64,000 nt of DNA from Candidatus Uhrbacteria bacterium GW2011_GWC2_41_11. GTDB taxonomy: Bacteria; Patescibacteriota; Patescibacteriia; UBA9934; GWF2-40-263. The notes under the pieces are model-generated. The model was not told the origin of the DNA, made no database searches, and was given only the letters and a program-made list of their open reading frames with translations. Positions 60,521 to 64,000 of the stretch are shown in pieces. Position 1 is the first letter of the stretch. The number at the start of each line of letters is the position of its first letter. The position numbers and the translations under genes were made by a program. The DNA lies in NCBI GenBank assembly GCA_000996355.1, contig LCAH01000004.1, positions 14,501 to 78,500 on the forward strand, given 5' to 3'.

Positions 60521-61660
60521 GTGCAGGAATACGTGGAGGCCGTTGAACAGTGGAATGGATCGTATGATCCTGTCTGGCTTGGGAAACGATGGAAAATGCT
60601 TTCAGATCTTGATCAGATCCAGCACGCTCGTTTGAATGCGCGAATGTATGCACTCCAAAAAGAGCTTGTAAATCTTGTTCATCGCTATGCCATGCCACTT
60701 GAGGAAGAAGAACTCGCTCTTGAATCGCGAGTGGCTCTGGCAGTGGATATGGAGGATCTTCTTCGATTGGCTGATGTTCAAGGGGATGATCCGTTGCGAT
60801 GTCGCAAACGATTTGAAGCAAGAAGATTTTTTGATCTGACCATGTTTCTTGATCGGATTGATCGGATTGATCCGATTGAGCGGGTACGTCGGGATCTGTC
60901 TCGGATGATTCATCTATTTGAACATCATCTTTTCCTCCCTGGGAGTGAAAATATTCAGGTCTGGACATATCATGATCCAACACGCGCATATCGTGTTGCG
61001 CAGATTGGAATCAATCGTCAATTATTTCTTCCAAACGAACGATATAATCCCATGACTTGTCGGCTTTTGGCAGGGACACAAGATGGACGGGTCTTGTTTC
61101 ATCACCGAGATAAGGATACATTCGGTGCTTGTCTCAAGATTTTGAAACAGCGACAAGATAGGAAAAAAGCAGATCCATTTGATGTTCGAGATCGTCGTGG
61201 ATTTGCTCTTGTTGTTTCAGATTTGATGTATCGAGATCAATTGATTGATAAACTTCAGCAAGTAGTAACATCCGCTGGAGGTAAAATGAGACTCGACGCT
61301 TCAAATTCAACAGGTGATTCGGAAACAAAAATGGATCCGAACAATCCACATACAAGTGAGTATTTTCGAGCCACAAAATTTGAGATTCTATGGAATATGC
61401 CATCTGAGGATTGGCAAAAATTTCCTTATGAAATCATTATTTTTACTTTTGCGGATTATTTTTCGCAGAAGTTTTCTCTCGGTCTCGAAAATCATGATTT
61501 ATACAGACTTGAGCAAATGCTTGATGTCTATTTCCCGATTTTATTTCCTTCGTCCGTGTATCAGACGGTTGTGGATTGGAAGGATACATCCATTCGGGAA
61601 CTGCTTCGTAAGTGTAAACGTGCGAAGCTTGGGTGGAAGATCAATGGTCGTAATCATTAA
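60521..61660 (+). CDS. hypothetical protein in GC-rich island (GTG start)
   Basis: 379 aa, Arg/Asp-rich, using CGN arginine codons. An in-frame 3 x 9-nt tandem repeat at 60851-60877 encodes DRIDRIDPI. There is a faint nucleotidyltransferase-like pattern (DVRDRRGFALVV ... YEIIIFTFADY). Confidence 0.5.
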   Translation: MQEYVEAVEQWNGSYDPVWLGKRWKMLSDLDQIQHARLNARMYALQKELVNLVHRYAMPLEEEELALESRVALAVDMEDLLRLADVQGDDPLRCRKRFEARRFFDLTMFLDRIDRIDPIERVRRDLSRMIHLFEHHLFLPGSENIQVWTYHDPTRAYRVAQIGINRQLFLPNERYNPMTCRLLAGTQDGRVLFHHRDKDTFGACLKILKQRQDRKKADPFDVRDRRGFALVVSDLMYRDQLIDKLQQVVTSAGGKMRLDASNSTGDSETKMDPNNPHTSEYFRATKFEILWNMPSEDWQKFPYEIIIFTFADYFSQKFSLGLENHDLYRLEQMLDVYFPILFPSSVYQTVVDWKDTSIRELLRKCKRAKLGWKINGRNH

Positions 61661-61686
61661 GAGGTCATACTCGACCTCTTTTTTAT
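61661..61686 (+). terminator. Rho-independent terminator
   Basis: GAGGTC-atactc-GACCTC followed by T6. Confidence 0.6.
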
Positions 61687-61936
61687 TTGACAGATTTTTT
61701 TTTCTCGATATACTCAAACATGTTATGAATCGACGCCACACACCTTTCTTTTTTGGAGGATTCTGCTTTTTTAAAAAAGTGGGTGGTTTTGTCGTGAATT
61801 CCAGATAATATTCTGCGTTTTCGAATGATAGCCACCCTAGCCGGTGGCTGTTTTGTTTCCCTTGATGCGAGTCATTCACATGCCGTGGATGGCTCACAGG
61901 AAAGGATGAAACTCACAACCAAACGGGTAAAGGAGA

Positions 61937-63142
61937 TTGTTCATGACAGTCTATTGCCATGTTACAGAAGATGTCATTGACCACACGCCTGAAAGTCGTC
62001 GTTTGCTCGGTCAATTCTCTTTACGAGCACTCCTGCTTGCCGAGTCTCAAGATACCGTGATTCTTCCAGGACGGATGAACCTTCCTCCTGAAATGGTTCT
62101 TTTAAATACGTTGGAAATTGGTCCGGAAATTGATCGGGTAAAATTTGATTTTTCTGATATTACCGGAGTGACCATTCAGCCTTTTTCCGGTACCTCATTG
62201 CGTTTGCGTGAGATGGTTAAGAAGGCTGGATGTGTGCTCAATGCTCCCAATTTCGAAGTCTGTTATCGTGCGAATGATAAAGGTGCATTTCAAACCGTTT
62301 GCATGCCGCTTCCGGAAGCGCGATTGCCATTTGGTGTTTCTTGTCGGTCGGAGGAAGTGCCTCATGCAGTACAGATGATTCACCGCGAGTTTGGACGTCC
62401 TGCAAGAATTAAGGCATCAAATTCCGCGAGTGGATTGAAACAAGGAATCATTCGTCCTGGTGATCCTGTTGTTCTCCCAAATGGTCATGGAGAAGATGGA
62501 GTGGTAAAAATAGAATCGCATTATGTTGTTCAGATTCAATATGAACATGATCTGGATGCAAGTGTTCAGTTTTTTATTCATGAAGATGGTTGTCTTGATG
62601 TTGGACCTGTCACTCGCCAGTATGTGGATGAGGGAGGTCATCATTTCGGTAATACCCTTCTCATTTCCAACTGGATTCCAGATGAGATGCAGAAGATTAT
62701 GATTCAAGCAGCACGTGTGATTGCCGTTCAGGTTCGGGATCAGTTCAAATATTTTGGACATGGTTCTGTGGATTTCATCTGCAATCGGAAAACAGGAGAT
62801 GTGTACGCGGTTGAAGTAAATGCGCGCGTCACAGCTGCTACATATCCTCTTGAGGCTGCTCGCGCTTGGTACGGAACAGGAATGGTCCTTCCGTTCGATA
62901 TGAGAAGCTTCTGGATCCCGTATGATATTTCTCTCTGGGATTTCTCTTTGTCTTTTCATCAGGTTCTTTTTAACCGAAAAGAACGAATTGGTTTTGTTCC
63001 TTTTTGCTTTCTTCCTCATGCGTTTCCCATCGAGAACAGAGGATTTTGTTACGGGGTATGTTTTGCCCGTGATGAAAGAGAACTTCTGTGGGTTGTGCAA
63101 AAAGTTGAGGAGTGCAAACGAAAACTTCTTGAGGGCGTTTAA
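61937..63142 (+). CDS. ATP-grasp-like protein (hypothetical)
   Basis: The C-terminal pattern GSVDFICNRKTGDVYAVEVNAR resembles the ATP-grasp metal-binding E-x-N motif. GC-rich codon usage. Confidence 0.45.
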   Translation: MFMTVYCHVTEDVIDHTPESRRLLGQFSLRALLLAESQDTVILPGRMNLPPEMVLLNTLEIGPEIDRVKFDFSDITGVTIQPFSGTSLRLREMVKKAGCVLNAPNFEVCYRANDKGAFQTVCMPLPEARLPFGVSCRSEEVPHAVQMIHREFGRPARIKASNSASGLKQGIIRPGDPVVLPNGHGEDGVVKIESHYVVQIQYEHDLDASVQFFIHEDGCLDVGPVTRQYVDEGGHHFGNTLLISNWIPDEMQKIMIQAARVIAVQVRDQFKYFGHGSVDFICNRKTGDVYAVEVNARVTAATYPLEAARAWYGTGMVLPFDMRSFWIPYDISLWDFSLSFHQVLFNRKERIGFVPFCFLPHAFPIENRGFCYGVCFARDERELLWVVQKVEECKRKLLEGV

Positions 63143-63218
63143 TCGCGCTCTCTTTTTTTTTGTAAAGACTTGACGGACAAAAAAGAGCCATGATATGTTC
63201 TAAAAAGAATAGATACGT

Positions 63219-63338
63219 ATGTTGAAATCCACCAAACATCTTTCTCTTTCGATTATTGAGATCGTGATACCAATGATTATTCTTGGCATTATTATTTTGA
63301 TTAAGAGAAAGACGGTGATGGAGATTCTCTCGTATTAA
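63219..63338 (+). CDS. possible 39-aa hydrophobic micro-protein
   Basis: MLKSTKHLSLSIIEIVIPMIILGIIILIKRKTVMEILSY, a single TM helix, followed by its own terminator. Confidence 0.25.
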   Translation: MLKSTKHLSLSIIEIVIPMIILGIIILIKRKTVMEILSY

Positions 63339-63355
63339 TAGAGAATAGAAACCAA

Positions 63356-63383
63356 AGCCGTCGAATGTTTCGACGGCTTTTTC
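63356..63383 (+). terminator. Rho-independent terminator
   Basis: 10-bp stem AGCCGTCGAA/TTCGACGGCT with a 3-nt loop, followed by T5. Confidence 0.55.
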
Positions 63384-63404
63384 TGTTGTGAAAGTGAGAG
63401 GGTA

Positions 63405-63850
63405 TTGAAAAAAATTTTCCGTATCCTCCGAATTTTCGGAACACATGTTCTTTTCAAAAAAGGAGGTCTCCTCGTGTCTGAACATCGCATTGCGTTTGAT
63501 GATTTAAGTGTTTTTTGTGAACCCAATGAGGATGGGTTTCACATTGGAGTTGTCGATGGACTGAATCATTATCCTGATCGCGCTCAGGTTCTTCCTTACA
63601 AAGCTGTGTATCTCATGGATGGAGACGTATCAGACATGCTCGAACATCAGGCATATCTGCGTGCACTTGGGGTTGGAACTCAAGAACTTCGATTCGTAAA
63701 AGGAAAAAATTTGTTTGACGGCCTTCTTACAAATCGGGAAGAAATGGAACGTCTTATGTTTGAAATGCAAACAAACGAGGAACTGACCATTGATGCGTTT
63801 ACAGGTGCTTCTCCCGATTGGAAGAATATGGTGGAGGCTCTTCTTCTTGA
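63405..63850 (+). CDS. hypothetical protein; 3' end uncertain at a GC-content junction
   Basis: The frame is open to 63962, but after about 63845 the sequence switches abruptly to GC-rich DNA and the translated tail looks like out-of-frame junk (GRVRTRRPVRG...). Confidence 0.35.
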
Positions 63851-64000
63851 TCCGGGACGAGTTCGTACACGGCGTCCAGTTCGCGGTACTTTTCCGCGTA
63901 ATCCATGCCGTAGCCCACGACAAAGCCCTTGTCTATGGTCGCGCCCGTGTAATCGACCTTGAGGTCAGGGCAGCCGCCATCGCGCCGGAGCAGCGTACAT
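63799..64000 (-). CDS. partial CDS (3' end; start lies beyond the window edge)
   Basis: The GC-rich frame translates to ...CPDLKVDYTGATIDKGFVVGYGMDYAEKYRELDAVYELV..., and the stop sits at 63799-63801. It is not in the ORF track because no start codon falls within the window. Confidence 0.3.
   Translation of the reverse strand, partial: CTLLRRDGGCPDLKVDYTGATIDKGFVVGYGMDYAEKYRELDAVYELVPDQEEEPPPYSSNREKHL

Overview
This is a gene-dense window (about 60 genes, mostly on the + strand) from a low-GC bacterium that uses the standard genetic code. UGA is a stop codon here: an intact RF2 gene with the classic UGA-dependent +1 frameshift is present, and many genes end in TGA. Gene content suggests a Candidate Phyla Radiation (Patescibacteria)-like organism; the evidence is a 3271-aa Cys-rich surface protein, a Gram-positive-type T4SS-like cluster, competence genes, and split or small genes, and this assignment is inference only.

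Housekeeping genes found: yraN, nusA, yidC, a CIRCE-controlled groES-groEL pair, prfB, rsmA, serS, leuS, ndk, a UDP-glucose 6-dehydrogenase, an NAD-dependent sugar epimerase, two Nudix hydrolases, and one tRNA-Ser(GCU).

Accessory content, in order along the window:
1. A membrane-anchored acidic protein followed by the 9.8-kb giant gene.
2. A GC-rich foreign-looking lipoprotein gene.
3. A co-directional cluster at 24.8-36.4 kb that looks like a Gram-positive-type secretion/competence apparatus. It runs: secreted M23 peptidase with TSP3 repeats, VirB6-like polytopic protein, 585-aa unknown, PrgI/VirB3-like, VirB4 (split by one in-frame TAA), VirB8-like, ComFC. A GC-rich three-hairpin attenuator-like leader precedes it.
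4. tRNA-Ser with a 21-nt copy of its 5' end 346 bp upstream; the two copies bracket a small GIY-YIG nuclease gene.
5. A Type I restriction-modification (RM) locus arranged HTH, hsdM (frameshifted), RelA/SpoT-domain toxSAS-like gene, hsdS, fic, hsdR. The hsdR carries a triple Cys-rich tandem repeat. This locus is the best candidate here for an undescribed composite defence module.
6. A compositionally distinct GC-rich two-gene island at 60.5-63.1 kb (an unknown 379-aa protein and an ATP-grasp-like protein).
7. A sharp GC discontinuity at the 3' contig end.

No rRNA genes or CRISPR arrays were seen.
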